Virus record (IMG/VR): IMGVR_UViG_3300032316_000329
Span: 64,001-128,000 of that record
Origin: a virus
Direction: 5' to 3' (one strand)
DNA length: 64,000 nt
Shown: piece by piece, positions 38,112-48,162 of the stretch
Position numbering within the stretch: position 1 is the stretch's first letter
How the letters are laid out: the number at the start of each line of letters is the position of its first letter
The notes under the pieces: generated by a model
Databases searched by the model: none
Told to the model about the DNA's origin: nothing
Seen by the model: only the letters and a program-made list of their open reading frames with translations
Position numbers and translations under genes: made by a program

Positions 38112-39756
38112 TCCTAACCTCCCTAACGAACAGTATAGGCACGCCTTTACTCAACATGAACTTGATGAATATATCAAGTGTGAGTCCGACCCAGTTTACT
38201 TTTCCACAAAGTATATCAAGATTGTTAACGTTGACCACGGTCTAATGCCTTTCAAGATGTGGGACTTTCAAAAAGATATGCTTTCAAAGTTTCATGAGAA
38301 TAGATTTAGTATTTGCAAACTACCACGACAGGTCGGTAAGTCTACCACATCGGTAGCATATATTTTACATCAAGTTCTATTCAATAAAGATATGATGATT
38401 GCCATCCTTGCTAACCGTGCGCCTACGGCCCGTGAGTTATTACAGAAACTAAAACTAGCATTTGAATACTTACCTATGTTTCTTAAACAAGGTATCAAAG
38501 AGTGGAACAAGGGTTCTATCTTTCTTGCTAATGGTTCTAGAGTTCTAGCAGATTCCACCTCAGGCAGTTCCGTCCGTGGTTTCTCATTTAACATTATCTT
38601 TCTTGACGAGTTTGCGTTCGTACCTAATAACATTGCCGAAGAGTTCTTTAACTCAACCTATCCTACCATTTCATCTGGTAAAACTTCCAAGGTCATTATC
38701 GTTTCTACACCAAACGGTATGAACCTATTCTACCGAATGTGGACAAAGGCCGTTGAAAAGTTAAGTGACTATGTGCCTATTGAAATCCACTGGTCTATGG
38801 TACCCGGCAGAGACGCAGCATGGGCAGAAGAAACTATCCGTAACACTAGTCAAAGACAATTTGACCAAGAGTTTGGTTGTGAGTTCCTAGGTTCATCTAA
38901 TACACTTATTGCTGGTTCTAAACTGGCATCATTGGCCATTAAGAATCCTATACAAAGTCAAGATTGCCTAGACATATACGATTTACCACAACCTAAACAC
39001 ACCTATGTAATGTGTGTAGATGTGGCCGAGGGACAAGGACTAGATTACTCTACATTCTCCATCTTTGACGTTACAGAAATACCATATAGGCAGGTTGCTA
39101 AATACCGTAACAACGAAATTAGTCCAATGCTTTTTCCGGCAGTCATATACTCGGCTGCTATGAGATATAACGAAGCATTTGTCCTTGTGGAAATTAACTC
39201 TATCGGATTACAGGTAGCAGACATTCTACACTTTGAGTTGAACTATGAGAACCTTCTAAAGTTCCAGATAAAAGGTAAACAAGGTATTCAGGCTTCTGGC
39301 GGTTTTGCTGCCGGTAAAAACAGACTTGCATTTGGTTTGAAGATTAGTCCTCAGACTAAAATGATTGGGTGTTCTAACCTAAAAACATTGATTGAGTCCG
39401 ATAAACTTATTGTCAATGATGAACATACAATTTCGGAACTATATTCTTTCTCGGCTGATAAGAAATCTTTTAGGGCCGAAGAAGGTAGTAACGACGACCT
39501 TGCAATGACATTGGTTCATTTTGGTTGGCTTACTGCACAAAAACTATTTAAAGAAACCGTATCTAATGACATTAGGTTCGTTTTGCAATCCGAGCAAGCA
39601 TATTTGCAAGATGTGGAAAATGTACCTTTTGGTTTTATTGATGACGGGTTAAATGAAACAGTGGAAAAAGATGCCAATGGTGACTTATGGAGTCGTGATA
39701 GAGAACAATTATATCCATTTGACGATTTCAACTATAGTTGGAACAGTCGCCTATAA
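38080..39756 (+). CDS. gp17: Terminase large subunit
   Basis: PRQVGKST Walker A; IFLDEFAF Walker B; STPNGMN; DVAEG.G.DYS; DDL.M; no intein. Confidence 0.97.
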   Translation: MARTPYTYQNNPNLPNEQYRHAFTQHELDEYIKCESDPVYFSTKYIKIVNVDHGLMPFKMWDFQKDMLSKFHENRFSICKLPRQVGKSTTSVAYILHQVLFNKDMMIAILANRAPTARELLQKLKLAFEYLPMFLKQGIKEWNKGSIFLANGSRVLADSTSGSSVRGFSFNIIFLDEFAFVPNNIAEEFFNSTYPTISSGKTSKVIIVSTPNGMNLFYRMWTKAVEKLSDYVPIEIHWSMVPGRDAAWAEETIRNTSQRQFDQEFGCEFLGSSNTLIAGSKLASLAIKNPIQSQDCLDIYDLPQPKHTYVMCVDVAEGQGLDYSTFSIFDVTEIPYRQVAKYRNNEISPMLFPAVIYSAAMRYNEAFVLVEINSIGLQVADILHFELNYENLLKFQIKGKQGIQASGGFAAGKNRLAFGLKISPQTKMIGCSNLKTLIESDKLIVNDEHTISELYSFSADKKSFRAEEGSNDDLAMTLVHFGWLTAQKLFKETVSNDIRFVLQSEQAYLQDVENVPFGFIDDGLNETVEKDANGDLWSRDREQLYPFDDFNYSWNSRL

Positions 39757-39832
39757 TTCTGAAAATCAACAAAACAATAAATAAAGGTATTGGAATACTT
39801 TACACCATTCCAACCTATAAAAGGAGTAAAAG

Positions 39833-41539
39833 ATGGCATATCAACTTTCACCAGGTGTGACATGGTCCGAAATAGATTTGACGACCGTTGTTCCCGCCGT
39901 TGCTACTACTGAAGGAGGTTTTGCCGGAGATTTTGATTGGGGTCCTGTTAATGAGATTAAGACCGTTGCCAATGAAGTAGAACTTGTTCGTTATTTTGGT
40001 AAACCAAGTGCTAATACCTTCAAATCATTTTTCACCGCTGCAAACTTTCTAAATTATGGACAGAACTTACGCCTAATTCGTTCTGCCAATACAACCGTTG
40101 CTAAAAACGCTACAAACGGTACAGCACTACTTATTAGGAATAAAGATCAGTATGAAGTAGAGTATATGGATCTTTCTGCCGCAAATACAGCAGGTATGTT
40201 TGCAGCACGTTATGCAGGCGATCTAGGAAATAGCATTAGAGTTTCGCTTTGGGCTTCTTCTAATTCCATAGCATTTAATAGCTGGACATATGCAGAAGAA
40301 TTTCCAGGTGCTACAGCAACATCAAACTTTACTGGTACAAGAGGTGGTGCTAATGACGAAATGCATATCATCGTAGTTGACGTTGATGGTAGAATTTCTG
40401 GTTACGCTAACACCGTTCTAGAAAAATTTGCCTATGTATCTAAAGCATTTGATGCAAAGAACGATGATGGTTCTTCTAATTACTGGGTAAATATTATTTC
40501 TGATAAGTCAGAATACATTTATGCCATGAATCCTGCACAGAACACCACTACACAGGTTGTAGAAACTACAACTTGGGGTTCAACTGCCGCAAATACTACA
40601 TTTGCTCAGACATCAAATGAATATACAGCAAGACTAGCAGGAGGTTCAGTTGCAGCACCAACCGATGCTGATCTATCTAGATCCTATGATCTATTTGTTA
40701 ATTCTGAAGATGTTGATGTTTCCTTAATTATGACCGGTGCTGCTTCTCAGACAGTTTCCGAATATATTATCAATAACATCGCAGAAGTTCGTAAAGATTG
40801 TGTTGTATTCATTTCACCACTTTACGCCGATGCTGTTAATAACGATGGCGGTGAGGTTACCGATATTGTTGCTTATCGTAACGATTTCCCATCTTCATCT
40901 TATGCTGTTCTAGATTCAGCATGGAAGAAACAGTTTGATAAATATAACAATGTTTATCGTTGGATTCCTTTCAATGGCGACATTGCCGGTCTTTGTGCCC
41001 GCACAGACTTTGATCGTGATCCATGGTGGTCACCAGCTGGTCTAAATCGTGGTATTATCAAGAATGTTACAAAACTTTCTTGGAATCCATCAAAAGCTGA
41101 AAGAGACGATCTTTATAAGAATGGTATTAACCCGATTGTTCAGTTTGCTGGCGAAGGCACAGTCCTTTACGGTGATAAGACAATGCTTGCTAAACCGTCT
41201 GCGTTTGATCGTATTAATGTCCGTCGTCTTTTTATTGTCCTTGAAAAGGCAATTTCAAGAGCGGCAAAATACTCACTCTTTGAGTTCAACGATGAATTTA
41301 CAAGAGCGCAGTTTATAGCCCTAGTTGAACCTTTCCTGCGTGATGTCAAGGGCCGTCGTGGTATCTATGACTTCAAGGTTGTTTGTGACGAAACAAACAA
41401 CACACCAGAGGTCATCGACAGAAACGAATTTGTCGGAGACATTTACATTAAGCCAGCCCGTGCCATTAACTTTATTCAGCTTAATTTCGTGGCTGTTAGA
41501 ACTGGTGTTGCCTTCTCCGAAGTTGTTGGCAAATTTTAA
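39833..41539 (+). CDS. gp18: Tail sheath protein
   Basis: LSPGV...EIDLT; PWWSPAG.NRG; AFDRINVRRLF; IKPARAINFI.LNFVA; late promoter ATAAATA 39777-39783. Confidence 0.97.
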   Translation: MAYQLSPGVTWSEIDLTTVVPAVATTEGGFAGDFDWGPVNEIKTVANEVELVRYFGKPSANTFKSFFTAANFLNYGQNLRLIRSANTTVAKNATNGTALLIRNKDQYEVEYMDLSAANTAGMFAARYAGDLGNSIRVSLWASSNSIAFNSWTYAEEFPGATATSNFTGTRGGANDEMHIIVVDVDGRISGYANTVLEKFAYVSKAFDAKNDDGSSNYWVNIISDKSEYIYAMNPAQNTTTQVVETTTWGSTAANTTFAQTSNEYTARLAGGSVAAPTDADLSRSYDLFVNSEDVDVSLIMTGAASQTVSEYIINNIAEVRKDCVVFISPLYADAVNNDGGEVTDIVAYRNDFPSSSYAVLDSAWKKQFDKYNNVYRWIPFNGDIAGLCARTDFDRDPWWSPAGLNRGIIKNVTKLSWNPSKAERDDLYKNGINPIVQFAGEGTVLYGDKTMLAKPSAFDRINVRRLFIVLEKAISRAAKYSLFEFNDEFTRAQFIALVEPFLRDVKGRRGIYDFKVVCDETNNTPEVIDRNEFVGDIYIKPARAINFIQLNFVAVRTGVAFSEVVGKF

Positions 41540-41566
41540 TAAATAGAAACAAAGGAGAAATCACAA

Positions 41567-42136
41567 ATGGCATTTAATGTTCAACAGTTTAGATCAAGTC
41601 TCGTTAATGACGGTGCAAGAGCCGCCCTTTTTGAGGTGATTATGACTTTACCTCCAACAATTGGAATTGGTGCTGCATTAGACCAAGAAGTTCGCTTCAA
41701 GGCTCGCGCGACATCACTACCAGGTGATTCAGTTTCTTCAATCTCCGTCAATTACTTTGGTCGTGAGATTAAGGTTGCTGGTACTAGAACATTCCCAGAT
41801 TGGTCAATCACAGTTATCAATGACGAGAACTTTAGAATCCGTAACAATCTAGAAATCTGGATGTCCGGTCTAAATTCACATGTTGGTAACCTACGTTCAC
41901 CAAATCTTGTCAATAATGCACAATATCAGACCGATGCTTGGGTTAATCAGTATGCCAAGAGCGGTCAGATCATTAAGCAATACAAGATTGTTGGACTATT
42001 TCCAACTGATGTTGCGCCGATCGATCTAGATTGGGCATCAGGTGACCAGATCGAGGAGTTTTCAGTAACCTGGGCATATCAGTGGTGGGAGTCACTATTC
42101 CCAGTAGTCACAACCGACTCGGTTGGTGCTATCTAA
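41567..42136 (+). CDS. gp19: Tail tube protein
   Basis: GAR..LFEV; YFGR.IK.AG.RTF.DW..TVINDE.F; IEEF.VT..Y.WW; late promoter 41539-41545. Confidence 0.97.
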   Translation: MAFNVQQFRSSLVNDGARAALFEVIMTLPPTIGIGAALDQEVRFKARATSLPGDSVSSISVNYFGREIKVAGTRTFPDWSITVINDENFRIRNNLEIWMSGLNSHVGNLRSPNLVNNAQYQTDAWVNQYAKSGQIIKQYKIVGLFPTDVAPIDLDWASGDQIEEFSVTWAYQWWESLFPVVTTDSVGAI

Positions 42137-42147
42137 ATACCTCTATA

Positions 42148-42175
42148 ATACCGTGGGGAGAAATCCCCACGGTAT
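42148..42175 (+). other. 12-bp perfect hairpin with GAAA tetraloop in the gp19-gp20 intergenic region
   Basis: ATACCGTGGGGA-GAAA-TCCCCACGGTAT, just after late promoter CTAAATA 42133-42139; no U-tract. Confidence 0.8.
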
Positions 42176-42196
42176 CTAATAAAAAGGACAGTCATA

Positions 42197-44017
42197 GTGA
42201 AATTATTTGGTTTTCAAATTGGTGGTGATGATACTGACAAAAAAAAGCAGCAAGAACAGGATGTAAAGAATAAATCATTCACGCTACCTCAAAACGAGGA
42301 TGGCGCTGTTACCGTTGCTGGTGCTGGTTATTATGGTACATATGTTGACCTTGACGGTACCTTCCGTAACGAAACTCAATTAATCACCAAGTATAGAGAA
42401 ATGGCCATTCAACCAGAATTGGAAACGGCTATTGATGAAATTGTTAATGAAGCCATTGTTCATGAAGATGATGGACAGTCGGTTGAGATTAATACAGACA
42501 AAACTAAACTACCAGAAAATATTAAGAAAAGAATACAAGACGAATTTGAGTATATTCTAAAACTACTCAACTTTGGTAATATGGGCCATTAAATTCTTAG
42601 AAGATGGTATATTGATGGCCGTCTATTCTATCATATCGTTATTGACGAAACTAATCCAAATAACGGTATCATAGAGTTGAAGTATATCGATCCTCGTCGT
42701 ATTAGAAAGATCCGCGAAATCCAAAAGATGAAGGACCCTAATACAGGTATTGAATTAATCAAAAGACATATAGAGTATTACCTTTATAATGAAAAAGGTA
42801 TGATCGGTGCTGGTACCAATCTTGGTGCTAAGATTGCCGTTGACTCTATCGTAAATGTCAATTCAGGCATCATGGATCCAAAACAGACTATGGTGCTATC
42901 TTATATTCACAAGGCAATTAAACCACTTAATAACCTACGCATGATTGAAGATGCCACGGTTATCTACCGTCTCTCCAGAGCACCAGAACGCCGTATCTTT
43001 TATATTGATGTTGGTAATATGCCTACCATTAAAGCGGAACAATATGTCCGTGATATTATGGTCAAGTATCGTAACAAGTTGGTTTATAACTCCGATACTG
43101 GTGAAATCAAGGATGACCGTAAACATCTATCTATGCTTGAGGATTTTTGGTTACCACGTCGTGAAGGTTCTAAGGGAACCGAAATCTCTACACTACAAGG
43201 TGCTATGAACCTTGGTGAATTAGAAGATGTTAAGTATTTTGAAAAGAAACTAATGAAGGCCCTTGGTATTCCTATGTCTCGCCTTGAACAGAACCAGGGT
43301 TTCTCACTAGGTCGTACCACTGAGATTAGCAGAGATGAAATCAAGTTTAATAAATTTATTGAGCGTCTCCGTAATAAATTTGCCACTCTCTTTGACGACC
43401 TTCTTCGTGTTCAACTTGTAATGAAACGCATTTGTACCGAAGAAGAATGGAAAGAGTTCAAAGAAGATATTTGGTATGACTATAAGAAAGATAATAATTT
43501 TGATGAAATGAAAGAAGCCGAACTATTAAATGTTCGTGTTGATACACTCGCTAAGTTGGACCCTTTTGTTGGTAAGTATTTCAGTATTGAATGGGTTCGT
43601 AAGAATGTTCTACAACAGACCGATGAAGATATAGAAGAAATCAACGGTCAGATAGAACAAGAGGGTGCCGTTATTGCTCAACAGCAACAGCAACAAATGA
43701 TTGCCCAGCAACAAGCCGATGCCCAAGCACAACAAGATAATATGGAACTACAGGCACAGCAACAGTTTAATCAAGCCGCTATTCAAGATAAAATTCAAAA
43801 AACATTTGGTAATGATGAAAAAGAAATAGTCAATAAAGACCATGAACAGTCTGTGTTGGATAAGAAGATTGAATTGGAAAGACTTAAATCTAAAAAGACA
43901 ATTAAAGAGGCCAGAAATCTTGGTCTAACATATATTGGTAATAACCAATACGCTAATAATGAAGGACAAGTCACTCATTTAGCACAAAATGGTTATCTAG
44001 TTGAAATAACTAAATAA
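42197..44017 (+). CDS. gp20: Portal protein, interrupted by one in-frame TAA at 42590-42592
   Basis: AIDEIVNEAI..LNF..GH*ILRRWYIDGR..YIDPR..YR.SRAPERRIFYID.GN.P..LEDFWLPRREG.KGTEI.TL; both ORF-track fragments share one frame. Confidence 0.93.
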
Positions 44018-44027
44018 GGATTAGGTT

Positions 44028-45524
44028 TTGGCAAAAGGTCTTAAAAGTGTTTCTACACTATCAGCAAAAGAGATTGCCGAAAAACACGGTTTATCTCTTG
44101 CTTATATCGCAAAGCAAATTGTTAAAGGTGTAAAGGTAGAGAAAGAACACACCAAGTCAACCAGAGAGGCAAATGAAATTGCCCGTGATCATCTTGGTGA
44201 GAGACCTGATTACTATATTAAACTAGATAAAATGGAAAAGACTAAAGTTATTAATGAACTAGGTGAGTATGATAATAAAGGTGGTTCACCAGTAGTTGGT
44301 GACTTGACGGGTTCATCTAGAAAAGTTTCTAAAGTAGATGAAGGTAAAAGATTAGACAAGGCAAAAAAAGCGGTTATGGCAGGAGTTACTGCTGCTAATA
44401 TGTATACCTTGGCAGATGTTGCTGGAAGAGCAACGGAGGGCGGACATGGTTCACCTAAAGGGGATATTGTTAGAGCCGCAACAGCATTACCAGGTGCCGC
44501 AGGATGGGGTGCTACTGCCGTCCATTATGGTAAAAAAGGTTATGATGCTGCAAAAGAAGTATTAAAGAAAAAGAAATCTTCTATGGAAGAAGAAACCGTT
44601 AAAGAAGATTTGCGTAAATGGTTTAGAGAAAAATGGGTTCGCTACGACACAAAAGGAAACATAAAAGGTCCTTGTGCGAGAGAAGAAGGTGAAGGTAAAC
44701 CAAAATGCAGACCACTTGCAAGTGCCAGAGCAATGAGTAAAGATGAAAGAGCGAAATCCGCAAGACGAAAAAGAAGGGAAGACCCAGTGGCAGATAGACC
44801 AGGAAAAGGTGGTAAACCTATTATGGTTAATACCAACGAAGAAACACTTTTAGAAAAAAATGTTCCTACAAATCCTGAGTTGTGGGCTAGAGCAAAGTCC
44901 CAAGCAAAAGCAAAGTTTGATGTTTATCCTTCTGCTTATGCTAATGGTTGGGCTTCCAAATGGTATAAATCAAAAGGTGGTGGATGGAAATCTGCTGCTA
45001 ATGAATCAGTTGATGAAGCGTGTTGGGATAATTATAAACAAGAGGGTATGAAGAAAAAAGGCAATAAGATGGTACCTAATTGTGTACCAGTTGAAGAACA
45101 AGGTCAGGTAATGTCAAGATATACCGAAAGACCAACTTACGAAAGTAGAACTACAAAAGGTGATACATTTGGTCAGTCTATTGAACGTGGAATTTATGAA
45201 AAGCAAATTGATGAAATCTCCGCAGAGTTAGTCGGCAAGGTTTCTAATGCTCGTTTCTGGAGAGGCGAAGTACCATCTAAGACACTGGCCCGTGCCATAA
45301 ATAAAAAGTTTATTGAATCTGGTAAGAAAAAAGATGTTAAAAAACAAACAGTAAAAGAGGAAACAATGGATACCAAAGAACAAATCCACGAAGCAATCGG
45401 AAATATTATGGAAGAGAATCTCCATGAAATGAAAGAAAACTTCCTTGCTGTTCTACAAGAAAAGGCTATTGAGAAACTTGAAGAACGCAAGAAAGAAATC
45501 GCAGCAAATTATTTCGGTCAGTAA
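44028..45524 (+). CDS. Modular prohead core/internal head protein; gp67-like C-terminus
   Basis: Basic modules (G.KVE.EHT..EIA.DHL.E.PDYY; EDLRKWF.EKW; KFDVYPSAYAN.W; EACW..Y...G.K.K..K.VPNCVP) separated by hydrophobic-x-E sites; lies between gp20 and gp21. Confidence 0.75.
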   Translation: MAKGLKSVSTLSAKEIAEKHGLSLAYIAKQIVKGVKVEKEHTKSTREANEIARDHLGERPDYYIKLDKMEKTKVINELGEYDNKGGSPVVGDLTGSSRKVSKVDEGKRLDKAKKAVMAGVTAANMYTLADVAGRATEGGHGSPKGDIVRAATALPGAAGWGATAVHYGKKGYDAAKEVLKKKKSSMEEETVKEDLRKWFREKWVRYDTKGNIKGPCAREEGEGKPKCRPLASARAMSKDERAKSARRKRREDPVADRPGKGGKPIMVNTNEETLLEKNVPTNPELWARAKSQAKAKFDVYPSAYANGWASKWYKSKGGGWKSAANESVDEACWDNYKQEGMKKKGNKMVPNCVPVEEQGQVMSRYTERPTYESRTTKGDTFGQSIERGIYEKQIDEISAELVGKVSNARFWRGEVPSKTLARAINKKFIESGKKKDVKKQTVKEETMDTKEQIHEAIGNIMEENLHEMKENFLAVLQEKAIEKLEERKKEIAANYFGQ

Positions 45525-45533
45525 GGAGATACG

Positions 45534-46826
45534 ATGAAAACGATCAAGCAGATTCGTGAAGAATACGATGCTAACTTTTTAGATCAGGTAGAATATCTAC
45601 CTGGTGAAATCGTGCTTGACGAGGCAAAGATATCTCCAAAATATACTGTGCCATCTTCTAGAGAAATGCCTGTTATGCTTATCTTTAGAAGAATTACTTA
45701 CCGAACATACCCAAATAAACAAACCGTAGCACTATACTATTCCAAGTTAGTTGATAAGTATCTTTCTATCCCATTTGGTCCAGGCGGTAATCTAAATCTT
45801 TCCGAAGCACAAGTTGTAGAAGGTAAGATGTTAGATGCTATTAAGGGCGGAGCAAAAGGAGCATTATCTGGTGCTTTAAAAGGTGCTGCGATAGGTAATG
45901 TAGCACATCTTCCTGGATCGGCCGCAGGTGCGGTTGTCGGTGGTGCTATTGGTGCTTATAAAGGTGCTAAAAAAGCATTACGAAACGAAGAAGAGATTGA
46001 TGAAGATTGGCAGTCAGTAAACCGTAAAGATAAGACCGATGGTCTATCTCAAAAGGCAGTTAATGCTTACCGTAGAGAGAACCCAGGTTCTAAATTGCAA
46101 ACTGCCGTTACAGAAAAGAATCCATCTGGTAAAAGAGCATCCCGCCGTAAATCATTCTGTTCGCGTATGGGTGGAATGAAAAAGAGATTAACATCTGCTA
46201 AAACAGCAAGAGATCCAGATTCAAGAATTAATAAGGCACTACGCCGTTGGAACTGTGAAGAAGATTTCCAGATAAAGTTATATGAACTTCGTGTGCAACA
46301 AGACGAAGGTGTTATGTGGGATACATTATCTGGTGCTGCCAAAGGAGCATTTGCAGGACGTGCTGGAGGAATACCAGGTATGGCGGCTGGTGCATTAGCA
46401 GGTGGTGCTGCCAGTTATTTAAAAAGCAAACTACAACAGAAACCGGAAGACAGTGAAAAACCCGAATCAGCGGAAACCGGAAGAAAATCTGGAGAAAAAA
46501 TTAGACCAGTTTCTGGTCCAAAAACATATAGTTCATTTAGTAAAAAACCTGAAGGTTCACCTATCACAAAAGAAAAAGAACGTCAACGTGTGATGAGTAT
46601 GAAAGAAAATAAAATTTCTGACATACAGAAGATGATTAGAGAAGGTATTGATTCTATAGACCTTCCCATTAATGGAAGGCAAGTTACACTAAATACCTCT
46701 ATGGCAAAAAGAATACTTGAAGTTTACGACTCGGTCAATACCAAAAACAAAAAGATTGTAGAAGGTATGTTAAATGATGACCTAGAGTCCTTCAAGAAAC
46801 TATTAAACTTTTCAATAAAGGCATAA
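45534..46826 (+). CDS. Modular prohead core/internal head protein with two glycine zippers
   Basis: MKTIKQIREE leader (resembles the T4 capsid-targeting sequence); VALYY..KY.SIP module; RRKSFC.RM.G..SRINKALR.WNC module; VYD.VN.KNK C-terminus. Confidence 0.75.
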   Translation: MKTIKQIREEYDANFLDQVEYLPGEIVLDEAKISPKYTVPSSREMPVMLIFRRITYRTYPNKQTVALYYSKLVDKYLSIPFGPGGNLNLSEAQVVEGKMLDAIKGGAKGALSGALKGAAIGNVAHLPGSAAGAVVGGAIGAYKGAKKALRNEEEIDEDWQSVNRKDKTDGLSQKAVNAYRRENPGSKLQTAVTEKNPSGKRASRRKSFCSRMGGMKKRLTSAKTARDPDSRINKALRRWNCEEDFQIKLYELRVQQDEGVMWDTLSGAAKGAFAGRAGGIPGMAAGALAGGAASYLKSKLQQKPEDSEKPESAETGRKSGEKIRPVSGPKTYSSFSKKPEGSPITKEKERQRVMSMKENKISDIQKMIREGIDSIDLPINGRQVTLNTSMAKRILEVYDSVNTKNKKIVEGMLNDDLESFKKLLNFSIKA

Positions 46827-46830
46827 GTAA

Positions 46831-47340
46831 ATGGCAAACGTAATCACAGAGCAGAAGGTTATCGATAACCACAATAGAGCATTGCTAAAATATGTTATCC
46901 GTTTCGATGGGACAACAACTGCCAATACTCTTTTGGTTGATGTATCACAGTTGGCGTATGCCATGAATACTAGTAACAAAATTATGGTTTCTAATACTAA
47001 TCCAAAAACATCATATCATAACAGTATCAGAAGAATTTTTGGCCAAGGTCAATTCAAATCAGGATTTGGTGTAGCACTTGGTTGGCATTCAGATTCCAAT
47101 ACAGACATTGTTACAATCGGTAGCGGTATTTTTGATTACAATTTTGACCCACAAGGATTAACTGCTGCTATTCCAATGACAGGAGCAAATGCTACAGGCG
47201 ATATTCTTTTGAGTAATATTGGTAGTGTCGCCTCTGGTGATGCAGTTACCATTTTTATCGACCTTAAGAAAGATAATCGTGATTATGATAACGGTCAGAC
47301 TGCCGATCCATCCGCATTTAACGTTACAGGTATTCTATAA
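46831..47340 (+). CDS. Conserved head-region protein of unknown function
   Basis: 169 aa beta-rich ORF in the head operon; CTAAATA at 46689 upstream. Confidence 0.7.
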   Translation: MANVITEQKVIDNHNRALLKYVIRFDGTTTANTLLVDVSQLAYAMNTSNKIMVSNTNPKTSYHNSIRRIFGQGQFKSGFGVALGWHSDSNTDIVTIGSGIFDYNFDPQGLTAAIPMTGANATGDILLSNIGSVASGDAVTIFIDLKKDNRDYDNGQTADPSAFNVTGIL

Positions 47341-48131
47341 TGTTTCAATTACTAGAACACATTCTCAATAAAGATTATCTTTCTGCCAATGAACTTTTTG
47401 AATCTTCATTAGATACAATCGTTGAGAAAAAACTATATGAAATAAAACGCATGATCCAATCTGAGGCTGCCGGTGGTATGTCTAGAGCAGATTTTGAACG
47501 CCGTAAAAAAGCAGGATTTATGAAAGCTTCTGATTATTTTGAGGCATTAAAGGCAGCAAAAGAAATTGAAAGAAAAGCAAAAAGTGATATCACACCTGGT
47601 ATAACCAAAAAGAAAAAAATATCGGAAGCAAATACAGGTATAGGTTCTGGTTCACAAGAAGAATTAGAAAAAAAAGCAAAAAAGTCCGCTGTTGCACTTG
47701 GTCAAGCAATTAAAAGTGCTTCAAAAGCACAGGCTGAAAGAGTTAGTCGTGAACAGGCAAAAAGAGCCGCTATGAAGAAAAGTGCCACTAAATCACAAGC
47801 AGCACCTGTTCCTCCTTCAGTACCTCAAAAACCTACTTCCGGTACGGTTCCTACAATAGAACCAGAGGTTAGAGTAAAGAAACTTGCTCCTAAATCCGCT
47901 GCTAAAACACCAGAAGATAGACAAAAGCAAGTTGCTAAAATAGCAGATATAGCCAAGCGTCTTAAAGCAAGAGGTCATAGCGATCCTTATGGAAAATTAA
48001 AAAAAGTATCTCCATTAGGTTATCAAACACATAAAGTCAAAACTGCTATGACAAATATTGGAGACTTTAAAAGAAAAGCAGATTCCAAAGCAGGTCAAAT
48101 TGCCGGACATTTTGGATCATCAGCAATTTAA
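47340..48131 (+). CDS. Prohead core-like protein with Lys/Ala-rich tail
   Basis: L...IL..D...A.E.FE..L......KL.E N-terminus (gp67/68-like); IQSE and ISE candidate cleavage sites; basic remainder. Confidence 0.65.
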   Translation: MFQLLEHILNKDYLSANELFESSLDTIVEKKLYEIKRMIQSEAAGGMSRADFERRKKAGFMKASDYFEALKAAKEIERKAKSDITPGITKKKKISEANTGIGSGSQEELEKKAKKSAVALGQAIKSASKAQAERVSREQAKRAAMKKSATKSQAAPVPPSVPQKPTSGTVPTIEPEVRVKKLAPKSAAKTPEDRQKQVAKIADIAKRLKARGHSDPYGKLKKVSPLGYQTHKVKTAMTNIGDFKRKADSKAGQIAGHFGSSAI

Positions 48132-48162
48132 AATAACTAAATATACCTAATAGGTTAAAGAA

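Noticed and set aside
42148-42175. Rho-independent terminator after gp19
   Set aside because: Strong stem but no U-tract on the + strand, and it lies just downstream of a late promoter; more likely a stabilising or attenuating hairpin.
42590-42592. Genome-wide stop-codon reassignment, intron or intein in gp20
   Set aside because: TAA ends most genes normally, other core genes are intact under code 11, and there is no inserted sequence at the break.
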